A DNA stretch of 62,222 nt, counting the filler, from Asterionella formosa (taxonomy: Eukaryota): NCBI GenBank assembly GCA_002256025.1. It is 17 parts of 17 records of this genome, joined end to end, with 100 filler letters (N's around TTAATTAATTAA, not from the genome) between each part and the next. Parts side by side here need not be neighbours in the genome. Positions count along the whole stretch, not along the records: positions 1 to 1,905 come from NKIB01000886.1; positions 2,006 to 3,908 come from NKIB01000887.1; positions 4,009 to 5,911 come from NKIB01000888.1; positions 6,012 to 7,913 come from NKIB01000889.1; positions 8,014 to 9,915 come from NKIB01000890.1; positions 10,016 to 11,916 come from NKIB01000891.1; positions 12,017 to 13,917 come from NKIB01000892.1; 10 more parts are not named here. One strand, 5' to 3'. Numbering within the stretch: position 1 is the stretch's first letter; every line of letters starts with the position of its first letter. The notes under the pieces were generated by a model. It worked only from the letters and a program-made list of their open reading frames with translations, was not told the origin of the DNA and did no database searches. Position numbers and translations under genes: made by a program. This document shows positions 1 to 12,848 of this stretch, one piece after another.

Positions 1-1905
1 TGTATAGGACAGCGCAATGGGTCAAGAAACAGACAGCTGAAGTCTATCGAGATGCTTTGATTCAGGTATTCCGTGTTTATAATACCGGAGGATTTAAAAT
101 TACAACAATCCACTGTGACAACGAGTTTCGACCTTTGATGGAACAAATTTCCAATGAATTTCAAGTCACTATGAACTACGCAAACCCACAAGAACATGTT
201 CCCGAAGCGGAGCGAAATAATCGAGTGATTAAAGAACGCGTGCGCGCAGCTTATCATCGATTACCTTTCAAACATTTGCCGCGACTGATGATTAAGATTC
301 TAGTGACAGAATCTGCAAGGAAACTGAATTTCTTTCCGGCAAAGAACGGGATATCCCCGTATTACAGTCCTCGTATGATTCTACATCAACGAAACCTGGA
401 CTATGCTCGACATTGCCAGTATACATTTGGCACTTATGTCCAAGCACATGAAGAACCTGTGTTTTCAAACACAAATGCACCTCGCAGCCTAGATTGCATT
501 TTTCTACGCTACAATGACAATGTGCAAGGAGGTCATGAATTGTTACACCTACCTACGAATTCATTGATCACTAGACGAACAATTACTCCTCTACCACTTA
601 CCCCAGCAATCATGAATCAAGTACACGCCCTTGCTGTGCAGGAAAATATGCCAGATGGTCTCAAGATAGCAAATCGAACGGGGCAACTATTTTATGATAG
701 TGCTTGGATTGCAGGAGTGGATTATGATAATGAAGCATTTGAAGATGCACAAGATGAAGATTATGAAGATCAAGATGCTAGTGACAACGAAAGCAATGAT
801 GAAATTCTCGGAGAAGAAGACTATGACGAAATGACTCCGGATGAAATATATGAAGCAGAACAGCTCGAATTAAATGACAATACTCAAGAGGATGACCCTG
901 AACCTGACGAGGGCAACAATGAGAATAATATCGAAATGAATGCAGATGATATCCAAGATGAGGATGAAGAGCCAGCAAATGAAACTGAAAATGAAGAGGC
1001 AATGTTAGAAGTCAATCCAAGCACTCAGGATGACTCAGACCCAAATGTTAGAACTACAAGGTCTGGAAGAGTCTCAAGACCACCATCAAAACTGACTATG
1101 GTCCAAAATCATTTGCATACCCAAGCACACTGTCGAGAAGAATACACGACTGATAATGCGAAAGTGATCGCAAAGACAATGTGTTATATGAATGAGATGT
1201 CTATCGATAAAGAAGCATTTCACTTTGTTCAGTCATACAGCTTAAGGAAAGGCCTCAAGAAATTTGGCCAGAAAGGAAGAGACGCTGCATATAAAGAAAT
1301 GAAACAACTACATGATAGAGTTGTATTTGAACCGATTAGGATTGAAGACCTAACTGATATCGAAAAGCGACGTGCAATGGAAAGTCCAATTTTTTTGGTT
1401 GAAAAGAGAGACAAGAGCATTAAAGGCAGAGCATGTGCCAATGGCAGTTTGCAACGTGAATACATGGAAAGAGATGAAGCAGCTAGTCCAACTACCATGA
1501 CTGAATCTGTTATGATAACAGCAACAATTGATGCGAAGCAAAATCGCGATGTTATGACTGCAGATATACCCAATGCATTTGTGCAAGTGGATATCGATGA
1601 GAAAGAAAAAGGGGAGCGAATCATTATGAAGATTAGAGGTTTGCTTGTCAATATGTTGACAGAACTCAGCCCCGAGACTTATGAAAAATATGTTGTTTAT
1701 GAAGGGAACAACAAGGTCCTATATGTTAGGATGATCAAGGCATTATATGGCATGTTACAGTCATCATTATTATATTACAAGAAATTTCGGAAGGATATTG
1801 AGTCAATTGGATTCAAGGTAAACCCATATGATCCATGTGTTGCAAATCGCATTGTTAATGGCAAACAGCACACAGTTACTTGGCACGTAGACGATTTGAA
1901 ATCAA
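1..1905 (+). mobile_element. Ty1/copia (CoDi-type) pol fragment: integrase core, acidic linker, reverse transcriptase; uninterrupted ORF, truncated at both contig ends
   Basis: Integrase HCDNEF...EHVPEAERNNRVIKER; RT KGRACANG, ADIPNAF, KALYGMLQS, NPYDPC, HVDDLK. Near-identical to the minus-strand element at 42846-44650. Confidence 0.95.
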
Positions 1906-2005
1906 NNNNNNNNNNNNNNNNNNNNNNNNNNNNNNNNNNNNNNNNNNNNTTAATTAATTAANNNNNNNNNNNNNNNNNNNNNNNNNNNNNNNNNNNNNNN
2001 NNNNN
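1906..2005. other. Artificial contig linker (N-run, TTAATTAATTAA, N-run); first of about 16
   Basis: The same ~100-bp linker with stops in all six frames recurs at about 3909, 5912, 7914, 9916, 11917, 13918, 15919, 17920, 19920, 21920, 23920, 25920, 56231, 58229 and 60227. The small contigs are about 1.9 kb and decrease in size. Confidence 0.97.
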
Positions 2006-2207
2006 TGTCGCGCCATTCAGTAACTGTTGAATTTTGAAGGTGATGATGCTTGATTATTATTAGCGTAGCAGACTACCGGTAGACCGGTAGACCAGCAACA
2101 ATGGCCATTTGCAAAGGGAAAATGTCCACTTTCGCGAATAAATGCTTGATCAATCAGTGATTGTTCGAGATCCAATTCCTATAAATCTCTGGCAAGCTAT
2201 TTCGGAT

Positions 2208-3908
2208 ATCATGTCAAAACATATTCAGGAGCTGTCTCAGGCTGAGGCTTCCTCTGCATCCGACAGTGAAAGCGACAATGGAGTCTCTATTCCTGGAGCA
2301 GAGAACAGCGATTTCTTCAGTGACGAGGATGAAAGTCTCGTTTCATCAACTGATGGTAAGAAAAACATTTCGACTATTTCTGATCACAAGGGAATTGAAA
2401 AAACCTTTCCTTAGAGTTTCTTCAATCTGAGTTGAAGAAAAGTAGAAAAGAGATTGAAGAGCTTCGGGAAGTAACGGAGAAGCAAAGACTTCAACTTTCT
2501 GGTGGCCATGGCATTGGAAGAGACAAGCATTGGACCCGGAATGTTGGTCAATGGGTCAAACTTGAACTTTTCCCAAAAGTCAAGTTTATCACAGGTGATA
2601 TCGAACTTGATGAAAGGGGACCAACTAGTCTGGCACTCTCATTTCGTGCTCACTTCCCAAGTCTATTCATGGGAACCGATAAGGACTTCGAGTCAATTTG
2701 GCAGACATATAAGAATGATATTAATAAAGTGATGTCTGAGAAAAGAAATGCCGTTGTTACCACTCTCAAACATGCCTTTGCTAGTAAGTAAACAACTTGA
2801 CTTGGTGGTATGCCTGATTTGTTCTTGACTTGGTTAACATACTCATTGTTTACTACTTACAAATCATTCCATTCCAATCTACAAAACTTCAGGACTTTTT
2901 CGTGATGGTATGCACATTCATCTGAATAAGCATACCATCTCCAACAGCCGTTCTGTTTCTATTCAGGAGACAGGTGATGGAGAAGGAACCAAGAATCATC
3001 CTTTCTTCCTTCTAGTTGAGTACTTTTATTCCAGGGTTGGGCGAAAGCTGTCTTGGAAACGACAGTGTGCTAAGAAGCATGTCAGTGACATTGTTAGTGT
3101 TTCTGACGAGGTTTTTTCATTGTTGGTCTTGGAGAATTGTTGGGATGTCTGGTTGCATAAGGCAATGATGAAAGGTCATGAAGATGATACTCCTGCACCA
3201 AAATACGTTTATACCGGTACTGGAGGACAGGGAAAGAGATATGGTGGCTGGGACGCAAAGGGATATGCCAGGTTCAACAGCCTGTATGACATAGTTGTTC
3301 ATCAAAGGACAACTGCCATGAGCAGGCAGTTGGAGATCAGTTTTAAGTCCAATCTTCTTGTTTTGGCTGGAGTTCCACAAGGTTAGTCACTTCGGGGAAG
3401 TGAACAAAGTGGAATTGTTGAAATGATGTTCATTGAAAATATTGACTAACTGATGGAAATTTTCATTGAAGTTACGCCAGGGAACAACAGTGTGCCTGCC
3501 ATTAGAGTTCGGAATGATCTAGTGGCCATTTCTCTTCCAGTAAGCACAACTCCGGCATCTTCCATCAGTGGATTGACTCCACAAGTTATTTCAGGAAGAA
3601 CTTCAAGGATAACAACTGGTAGTACTAAGAGTGCTAAGAGTTCAAAGAGTACAAAGAGTTTGAACGTGATTATTCACTTTCCCCCAGACCAAGTCAAGGG
3701 TGCCACAGATTGGTACTTCCAAGAGATGAAGAAAAAGATGTATGTGGAGCTTCGGATGAAGAAAAAGAGTGAAATTTATAGGGCTTGTATTGATCAGAAC
3801 ATTGCACCCCCAGACCTTTTTGGAGATGAAATTAAAGAAGGGATGATGAATGACGAGAGCTACATTAAAAAGTTCGAGGAGGTTGCAGCAAAGGGCGAGA
3901 AGAAATAC
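2208..3908 (+). pseudogene. Intron-containing, disrupted hypothetical gene, probably a transposon accessory protein
   Basis: Consecutive ORFs 2142-2414, 2432-2791, 2910-3386 and 3453-3908; GTAA..CAG intron at about 2786-2892; motif SDEVFSLLVLENCWDVW...KY...YGGWDAKGYARFN resembles repeat-associated diatom proteins. Family not established. Confidence 0.4.
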
Positions 3909-4008
3909 NNNNNNNNNNNNNNNNNNNNNNNNNNNNNNNNNNNNNNNNNNNNTTAATTAATTAANNNNNNNNNNNNNNNNNNNNNNNNNNNNNNNNNNNN
4001 NNNNNNNN

Positions 4009-4700
4009 ATCCATAGAATATGGTGGGGCGTTCTCTATCTCCGCATAGGTCAAGTCCAGTAAGGCCGAATACTTTGCCGGACTAGCTCCTATTGATGGAG
4101 TGGTAGTTAATACCAAACGAGCAAGAGGATGAAAGGACGAGGACGAGATTTTGTCTGGAGGTTCCAAAAACTCATGAGGTCCTTGGTCCAAGTTCGACAG
4201 CAAGGGCTGCACATTCAGGGACGGCAAGAGTTTAGTGTATAAGAATTTGGCGCTATTTCTCTTTGAGGGGTAAACCTGTATTCTGAGAAAGACAACCCAA
4301 AAGGTAGAGTCCATAATTCGTAGAGCAGGTATGTTCCAAATTTTCATCACCATTTGCTTCAACTGACGCCCAGTTTCGGAATCAAAACTCGATGGATGAT
4401 ACTGGAGTCCATGTCGTCCTGTGTTGCAGACAGTAAAGGAAAACGTGTTATTCCCACCACAGTTGCGGAGGATATAGAGGCAAAGGTACCCATATTCCTT
4501 CCGCTGCCACCTACCAGGGAGTGGCAGCTGCTGGTTTGGTTGAAGGTTTTCGATCAGAGACATCAGTACATTCACAAAGTTGAGAACACAACTGGTCTAG
4601 CTGTTTTCCGGAAGCACCAGCCAAATGGGGCAAAATGCCAATCAGCTTGATGCATGTTTCACACGCGAGGTGATTCGAAGGAAGGAATGCCAACAGTGAG
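4009..4700 (-). pseudogene. Frameshifted fragment of a large stramenopile protein (possibly DUF3638/DUF3645-type)
   Basis: ORF 3961-4575 has FSFTVCNTG..GLQYHP; the upstream part is in another frame (4511-4693) and ends where the putative LTR begins. Confidence 0.4.
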
Positions 4701-4712
4701 CTTCTAGAGGAC

Positions 4713-5911
4713 TGTTGGCTCTTACCGAGTCCAAAACGGCCTCAACCTGTTCTTGTTAAGTTGTCACTCTCAGCCACAACATGACAAAAGAAACTGAGAG
4801 CTTTTGCCATACATATAATATTACAGTAACGAAAGTATGAGTGATGTATGTACATCTTATTATTATTTCATTGCCGGTTATAGGACCGTTACCATGGAAT
4901 ATCATAAGATGATGTCAGCATTGGATATTTGGTTTTGAATCACATATACCGCCATCATTACCTGTACCGCCATCACTTCCGGCATATATAATATATAGCT
5001 CACAATTTCTAATAAATACTTTAGGAATTAGTCGTCATTACAAACCTTCCGCTTCTACAAGTTCTTAGAACAACCTCAAGAGTCTACTTCATCCTGCTTC
5101 ATTGCAAGAGCTGTCGACAGTACTATTCATCTGTAACAAGTGGTTATGACCCTAACATTATAAGAGAATAAATAAAGCTTCCATCAGCCAGATTACAAGA
5201 TCAACGACCATGTCTAATCCAGTAAATCTTCCAACCGTTCCCCCTCAGAGATGAGGTATTCATACCACATATGGCATCTTCATTGGAGGTGCTCAACTTC
5301 ATGACACTTACCACCTTCTACCAAACCGAAGCGCTTATCGATTCTCGACGCAACGTCGCTCGTCATGGAAAAACGATTGCTTCCATTGAACAGAAGCTAA
5401 GAGATGCACGCGATTCTGTAACCACTGTCAAGTTCAATGGACAACTTGAAGCAACTGCGGGACTGTCTACTGAGATAGGAAAGGAAAAATTCATCAGTAT
5501 GTTGAAAGAAAAGGTGAAAGAGCATGGCCAACAAACAACCTTCTATGCAATCAAAGACAATGATGGAACAGTCGTTGACTTTTTCGAACACTCTCATCGC
5601 TTCAAATTTGTCTCTGTTGTTGATGAGTTCACTCGTCGTGCAGATACGACCAATGTTGACTTTGAGGCATTTGATCAGTATGAGTTAGAAGAGGTTGAAT
5701 TGTCACGCATGCTCGTGTTTTCTCTAATTACTTCGACCTTCCGTGAGAAAATAGAAATCAGATTTGACCATCGACTCGATTTTGAGTACCTCTCCGGTGC
5801 TTGTCTATTCATGATGGCTTTAGAAACCTGTAATGCTTCCGTTGCCCATGATGTGGAAGGGGCACGCAACCAACTTGACGGCCTCACTCTTGACTCCTAT
5901 CCAGGTGAAAA
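4713..5911 (+). mobile_element. 5' end of a second Ty1/copia (CoDi) family: probable LTR, PBS and disrupted gag
   Basis: ...TGTAACA (5138) is followed by AGTGGTTATGACCC; gag-like ORF 5271-5911 ends LTLDSYPGE; LTR start (TG at 4713 or 4754) is uncertain. Confidence 0.65.
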
Positions 5912-6011
5912 NNNNNNNNNNNNNNNNNNNNNNNNNNNNNNNNNNNNNNNNNNNNTTAATTAATTAANNNNNNNNNNNNNNNNNNNNNNNNNNNNNNNNN
6001 NNNNNNNNNNN

Positions 6012-7016
6012 AGCAGTCAAGAAATGGGCTTAAGGGGACTATTCCCTCCAAGCTTGCTTTGTTGCACACACTTCAAGTGATAAGTCTGGAGTGCAAAGAT
6101 GATGATGACTTTGGTGGAAGCATACCATCCGAACTGTCAAATCTACCTTTTCTGGCTGAATTACATTTACAGAATTGCAAGCTGAATGGTACGATACCTA
6201 GCGATCTTTGGAACCATCCAAAACTGACCGTGTTGAGCTTGGAATTCAACAAGTTGACGGGGAGTATCTCAGCCGATATTGGAAAATCAAAATTGGAAAA
6301 ATTTAACGTGAATAAGAACTTCATGACTGGGACAATCCCTGTCACATTTGGCATGTTGGAAAATACTTTGACCGAAATGATTATCAGTGGCAATAAGTTT
6401 ACTGGTTGGATTCCTAGTGAACTAGCTAGACTCTCTAAATTATCGGATTTGACGCTTGGGGAAAACAAGTTGGCTCATCAAGAAGTTCCTGATTGGCTCT
6501 GGAGCTTGACAGACTTAGTCGTTCTCTACCTGGGTTCACTTAAGTTAACCGGAAAGATTCCATCCTCGATAGCAAATTTGAGCAAGCTTCAAGATTTCCA
6601 GGCGGATTACAATAACTTCAGCGGTACCATTCCAACTCAGATTGGAGCTCTTACTTCCCTTACAAACTTGCTCTTTGGTAGCAACAGATTTGTGGGCAGT
6701 TTGCCTTCTGAACTCGGTTTGTTGGCAAACGTGATACAACTTAGTGTCTCGAACAATGCAATTTCTGGAACGTTTCCTAGTTCATTGTCCCACTTGGAGT
6801 TCGCGTGTAAGTGCAAAATTTGGAAAAGTTTGCTTCGTCGAATCCATTTCTTTCCTAACCAAATTATATTGTACCAACACAGCTGGGCTGTTTTTTGAAA
6901 CGAATCAACTGACTGGCGAAATGGCACCTCAAATTTGCGCACTCACGAATGGAGTTCTGGAGGTGCTTCTCATTGACTGTCACGAAGTAATTTGTCCTTG
7001 CTGCGCGTGCGTATGA
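6012..7016 (+). CDS. Leucine-rich-repeat (receptor-like) protein, 5'-truncated, intron 6807-6882
   Basis: Repeated LxxLxLxxNxLxGxIPxxL units; GTAAGT..CAG intron; C-terminal DC..V.C.CC cap of diatom LRR proteins; stop at 7014-7016. Confidence 0.9.
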
Positions 7017-7579
7017 GGAGATAGGTAGGATGTTTCCTCATAGTGGGCTCAGCGACAAAGTCGAACAGCAAAGTGGTGATTTTGCTTAATTCAGCCGACA
7101 CGGATTCGCCATATCCAAAGTGTTCTAAGAGGGTGATAGGAAAACAAGATGTTTGTAAAGTACTGTCTGCTGTATCGCACGGCTTTCATGTGAACCCACT
7201 ACTTGGTACCGTAGCTGGAGCAGCATCTCTTACTAATTGTAGCATCAACACTGTACACTTCAATAAAGCAATGAAACAATAGAGAAGTACCGGTAATTAT
7301 TAAACTTTTTATCTTATCCGTACTATGTAGCAATAATTCGTATCTTTCTATCTTAGAGATACGCCGGATGTACCGGTAGTTACCGGTATGTTACACATAA
7401 AAAATATACTACCGATATAATACGCATTGTTTCTTGTTACATTCCTTTTTTGCTTCCAAGAAAGGGCAACACGATTTATTTCGAATACTAATCACTGAAG
7501 CTATTTGCGTAATTTAAGGATAATAAACACTCCTTGTTCCCGCACCTCAATCGCTCAAGTAGAACATCATCATACAGCC

Positions 7580-7913
7580 ATGTCCACCTCCAACTCGGGG
7601 AGAACGCTGTCCCCTTTCAGACACATCACCCTTCTATTGGTTGGGTATCATCTGTGGGGGTTGTCTCAAACCATTATCTCTGTCCTCTTACCCAATGGGC
7701 CCCCTGTGAATGTTCCAATGAATGAGCGTCCTATCCATTCCTCCATCGATTTTGATAACGACTCTCTTTGTTTGAAACGTGCGTTTTTCGAGTCTACTAC
7801 TGCCATTCCCCTCAATTCTGCGCGTGTCGCTCACAAACTCCTATTTATGATTTCACAGACGGGAAACTCCAAAAGATATTTGAACGGCGCGAAGAAGGCA
7901 GGAAGCCACTCAT
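7580..7913 (+). CDS. Hypothetical type II membrane protein, N-terminal part (3'-truncated)
   Basis: ATG at 7580, hydrophobic segment ITLLLVGYHLWGLSQTIISVLL, frame open to contig end. Confidence 0.4.
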
Positions 7914-8639
7914 NNNNNNNNNNNNNNNNNNNNNNNNNNNNNNNNNNNNNNNNNNNNTTAATTAATTAANNNNNNNNNNNNNNNNNNNNNNNNNNNNNNN
8001 NNNNNNNNNNNNNAGTACCTGCACATACTAGGTGGAATGGCGCTTATGATCAGAATGTATTCTTTGCCTCGAAGCAAACGAACGAAAAGCGTGTTTTGGC
8101 CAATCATAATACACCTTTGCCAGTATATGTAGGTACCAAGTACTTTGACCTGAAAAATCAACAAAACTGGCAGCCCTACCACTATCAAATATCCAACAAG
8201 ACTACAGGCAAAAAGCACCCAAAGCCTCTCGAAGGCAAAGGAGGAAGACATCTACCAAGGAAAAAGACAGCAACAAAACCACCAAGAAGAAATGATAGAG
8301 ACAAATCATACCACTCTCTAGTTCATAGAGCCGGAGCACAAAGACATCCAAGTAGCAGAACACACACAATCAGGGCAGGTCCCATGGTTACACACAGATA
8401 AAACACAACTGAGAAACCCAGAAAACAAATCACAAAAGATAACAAAGCAATTCACAACAAAACTCAGATAAGCGCAAGACAACCAGCCAAAGGTGACAAT
8501 CAAAGATACAGGCAACAACAAGAAATCCAGACATAGAGTCTCAAATCACATGGGGAGACAAACCCATAGCCATAGAGGACAGAACCCTCAGACTCAAGTT
8601 CCAAAACATCAAGGGGCTACATCTCCAAAGGAAAAAAGT

Positions 8640-9915
8640 ATTATTGTTCAACAAATATACCGGTAGATCAGTAAAAATTGTCAATAGTCCAATCTCTGTG
8701 GGAAGTGTGCCAGTGAAAGTATTGTTCAACAAATATAGATCAGTAAAAATTGTCAAGAGTCCAATCATGCCTACATATTTTATCTAACCCTAGCAGCATT
8801 CTGTGCATAACACATATGGACCACTATTATGTCATCAGTAATTAGAAATCCTGAGGGACTGATCCATTGAATGCATCTAGATCATTTAAACTTGTCAATA
8901 GTCCAATCTCTGTGGGAAGTGTGCCATTGAAAATATTGTAAGACAAATCTAGAATATCGAGACTTGTCAAGAGTCCAATCTCTGTGGGAAGTGTGCCAGT
9001 TAACCGATTAGGACCCAATGATAAGAATGTTAAGCTTGACAAGAGACCTAGCTCAGTTGGAATTTTTCCAGTCAGATCATTTCCATTTCGAATTTGGTGA
9101 TCTCCATGTCCAAAGTTCAAATGTCCTGTAATCATTAAGTGTGTACAAAATGTGAAAAATCAATGATTTGCTGGTTTTTTAATCTTCAATTTTTTCATTT
9201 ACTTACGTAGTTTTGTCAACTGAGGCCAATTTGAACTGATATTTCCAGATAATAAAACATTGTCACCAAAGTCCATAACAACTGTGTCACAACAAAATGT
9301 TGTTAGTATTTAATCACACTCTTGAATCACAATTGTTATTGCCTGTACTTACAAAGATTGGTCAAATTTCCAAAAATGGATGGTAATTCTTCAATGAAGT
9401 TAGCTGAGCAGTTGAAGTACTCTTATATAATAAATGGAAAAATGAGAAGTTGTATCAGAAATTAAAAATCATCAAAACCTTTGTTTTCTGATTTTTTGTC
9501 ACTCACCTATGTTTGAAAGATGACTGAAGCTCAAAGGTAAGTTAAAAATTGTATTGTTGCTCAAGTCAATGTGATCTGATTTAAATTACAAAGGCGAAAT
9601 CAAATAGTTAGTTTGCATAACTTTTTTTTAAGCAAAAACATGTTTATCGCAATGCACTTACTCATTCTTTCACTTAGAACTGCTACTTCTGGAGGAATGG
9701 ATCCAACAAGACCTTCACCACTGAGTTGCAGTGATGTTATAAATGTTCCATTGCAACCAATTCCTTTCCAATCACAAAAGTTGTAGTCGCCATATTCATT
9801 TGGTTCTAGCCATTTTTCATAAGTATTTGATTGAGACAGAGTACTAAGCCATGTTTTTCCAAATGCTTCAAAATAGATTACCGCCAAAACATAGTGTTGG
9901 AGCAAGTTGAAATCA
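8640..9915 (-). CDS. Multi-exon LRR protein fragment, probably degenerate at its 3' end
   Basis: QHYVLAVIYF...CDWKGIGC cap, GSIPPEV, GTLPTEIGLLTSL repeats, several short exons with GT-AG introns; detached duplicated LRR units at 8640-8768. Confidence 0.8.
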
Positions 9916-10849
9916 NNNNNNNNNNNNNNNNNNNNNNNNNNNNNNNNNNNNNNNNNNNNTTAATTAATTAANNNNNNNNNNNNNNNNNNNNNNNNNNNNN
10001 NNNNNNNNNNNNNNNGATTCCCGTAGATCCAAGACTGAATTAAAAATAGTACGGCTGTACCTGATATGCATAAAGCATAGCACCGGTTAAGACCGGTAAA
10101 CTATCCTGAAAACTGGTTATTTATTACTCGGAGTACCAGCGCGGGTTCCTACCAAACCATCTCTGGTACTCCATCGGGATACCAAGTACCTGGTACCTGG
10201 AACCAGGCCCGTTAGTACACGTTTTATACACACTTTTTCAGTTTCGACTCACTCCCAATGATTCATCCCATGCCTACGGGAAGGGTTAGGCTGGCTTTCA
10301 ATTCCAAACTCTTTTAAGTCTAACTTTCTATGCCATTAAATTATCATTCATTAAAACCAATTCGTGATCTCTCTTCGTCGAAATCGTGTTCACCTACTAC
10401 TACTGATATTAGTATTCAGGAACTGAAAAATGGTTTGTTAGAGCATTGCCACTGCATCGACCAAATACCAAGCCAATTGAAGTTGCAGGTCATCACACAT
10501 CATGATGCATTGTATTGGTCGAAAAAGCAAAAATATTTTAGCCACTGCATTGACCAAGACCAAATATGCTTTGGTCTTGGTCAAGGATGACACCCTTATC
10601 CACCAAATATCAGGTATTTGGTCAATTACTAGACTCCAACCATAGCCAAAAAAGGAGCATTTCTATTGGTTTAGATTGTGGCTCATGCTGGCAACCTAAC
10701 GTTTATAGTTTAATGAGTGCATACATGATTACACCATTACATTCACTATAGTCACTTCGTGTAGAACTCTATAGGCCAATATGATCTTGGTGTGTATACA
10801 TATTGAGTCAACATCATGCATGAAACAACAATCATCATCATTGTCAGGA

Positions 10850-11590
10850 TGGGTTCCGTTGTCACGTGGGAGAAGGAAGAGGATGAAGCACTCTCTCAGG
10901 CCTGGGTAGCTGCAAGTGAAGACGCAATCATTGGGACTGGTCAGAAAGCAAGCAAGCTTTGGAGAAGGGTATTCGAGATTTATGTTGAGCTTATCCCAGA
11001 TGGGAAGGATCGCACCTCAACAGCATGCACTGCTTGATGGGGAACAAACACACAAAGTTTTGCGACCTCAATTCACAGGTTATGTCCATTGCTAAGTCAG
11101 GATGAACAGATGACAACTACCTTGAAGAAGCCAGGGAGCCTATTAAATTAGAGGGAAAAGGAAGGAAACTAGGTAGAGAATTCCTGTTCGAAGGGTGTTG
11201 GAGAGTTTTGAAGGATGCCCCGAAATGGAAGGGTGGGTGTGGATATGTCCGAGATCAGCAGCAAATCGCAAAGAAGGGTCCTGAACTACTAGATGTGCGT
11301 CCCATGGGGACAAAAGCAGCAAAAAATAGTAAGCTGCTCGCAAATGCTCAGCTTGTCATTGAACAAAAACATGTGTAGATGATGGAAAGAAAGGTGAAGA
11401 CGCAATGTGATGAATTTTTGTTCAAGATTTTCTTGCTTAATTTTAATACAGCGGAAGCCAAAAGGTGGTTTGCTATGAAGGCTCAAGAACCTATTGAGGA
11501 TGATGGAGGATCATAGTTCAAAACCATCAGGCAAAAAACCAAGACTGGTTCTTTTGGAGCCAGGAAGTTCAGTTGAAATCGATCTTTAAA
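10850..11590 (+). pseudogene. PIF/Harbinger Myb/SANT-like (NAM-associated) accessory ORF, degenerate
   Basis: WEKEEDEALSQAWVAASEDAIIGTGQKASKLW, later CWRVLK..PKW and RP.G.K; stops and frameshifts; convergent with a transposase fragment. Confidence 0.75.
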
Positions 11591-11693
11591 CTTCTCGTTC
11601 ATCATCAGTACTAGATGATGAGCGAGGCTTCGATTCTGGAGACTGGACCACAATAGTATTAAACTAGTTTGATTATACTGACATTACATTACA

Positions 11694-11916
11694 TTACACT
11701 ATTGAACGATCCAAAATATTAAGATCATTGTTTGCCCTGGGCATGCATTCCAAACCATGCATGCCAGAACCAAAGTCTACAATCAACTGCAGCTTCCAAA
11801 GCAATTGTGGTCGCCACTCCTTCTTTTCCTTTATATGCTGCCTCCTCTGTGTGCTTTGGGACAGTTTTTCCACTCCCAATGCATGACGTCCAATGAACCA
11901 AGAAGCCCCGGCCAAC
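11694..11916 (-). pseudogene. PIF/Harbinger DDE transposase fragment
   Basis: Frameshifted EAAVDCRLWFWHAWFGM / PRANNDLNILDRS, matching the Harbinger W(I/F)WHA.FG.PG..ND.NVLDRS motif. Confidence 0.8.
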
Positions 11917-12016
11917 NNNNNNNNNNNNNNNNNNNNNNNNNNNNNNNNNNNNNNNNNNNNTTAATTAATTAANNNNNNNNNNNNNNNNNNNNNNNNNNNN
12001 NNNNNNNNNNNNNNNN

Positions 12017-12726
12017 ATGTTATTCTGCTATATAAATACTGTCTATTTCAATTTCGAATACGTCTTGAGCGTTTTCTTGAGCATCTGTTAACTCGACCTT
12101 CACTCCCTTGGAGTCCTTCTCTCACTGTGAAACCTCTTCACCATTTAGGATACCGTCGAAATTCTCGTAGCGATCCCCAACCTACATACCGGTAGCTTTC
12201 ACCTTGCTTTCCGATGACGTCTTCGGGGTCTCGATGAACAATGTTGCTTCGATACGCGAAAGACAATCCAGCTACAACTTACCAGCAGCCTTTGCAAGAC
12301 ATGGTGAATGTATGAAAGGTTGCAAAAGTGAAGTGAAATCAGCTGCTGTCAGTAACACCGAAGTGGGATTGCAACACATACACCGGTTTTTTTAGGAGAT
12401 TCAATTTCTTCTGCTTATGTTCGAGTCTATCTTTTTGAAAACATTTACCATACGTGCTGTTGAAATTTATCGGCGTGCTTCTTCCTAGCGCACTCCAGCT
12501 CTGCAAAATCGCTCTCGGTGCCGCTCTTGTACATATTACTCTGCTATATAAATACTATCTATTTCAATTTCGATTACGCCTTGTGCGTTTTCTTGAGTAA
12601 CTGTCAAGTCGACCTTTACTCCCTTGGAGTCCTTCTCTCCTTGTGAAATCACTTCAACGTTTAGGATACCGTCGAAATTCTCGTTGCGATCCCCCCCGAC
12701 ATACATATTGCATTGCTTTCCGATGA
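12017..12726. repeat. Diverged direct repeat (~200 bp, units at about 12020-12218 and 12536-12726), each encoding the same unknown C-terminal peptide on the minus strand
   Basis: Both units translate to GDR.ENFDGILN.E..SQ.EKDSKGVKV....EIEIDSIYIAE*. Confidence 0.7.
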
Positions 12727-12848
12727 GAACTGTGGTTGTATATGTAATTTTTGGAATGTTTAAGTAGTTTTTATTTAGGCGCAATAATGGGCCATAGTGG
12801 ATTTTTCGGAAGACCAATTTCAGGTTTGATTCAGGGACCATCGATTAA

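Noticed and set aside
8014..8635. A-rich ORF 8096-8401 as a gene
   Set aside because: Compositionally biased and no identifiable domain; possibly a retroelement remnant but unsupported.
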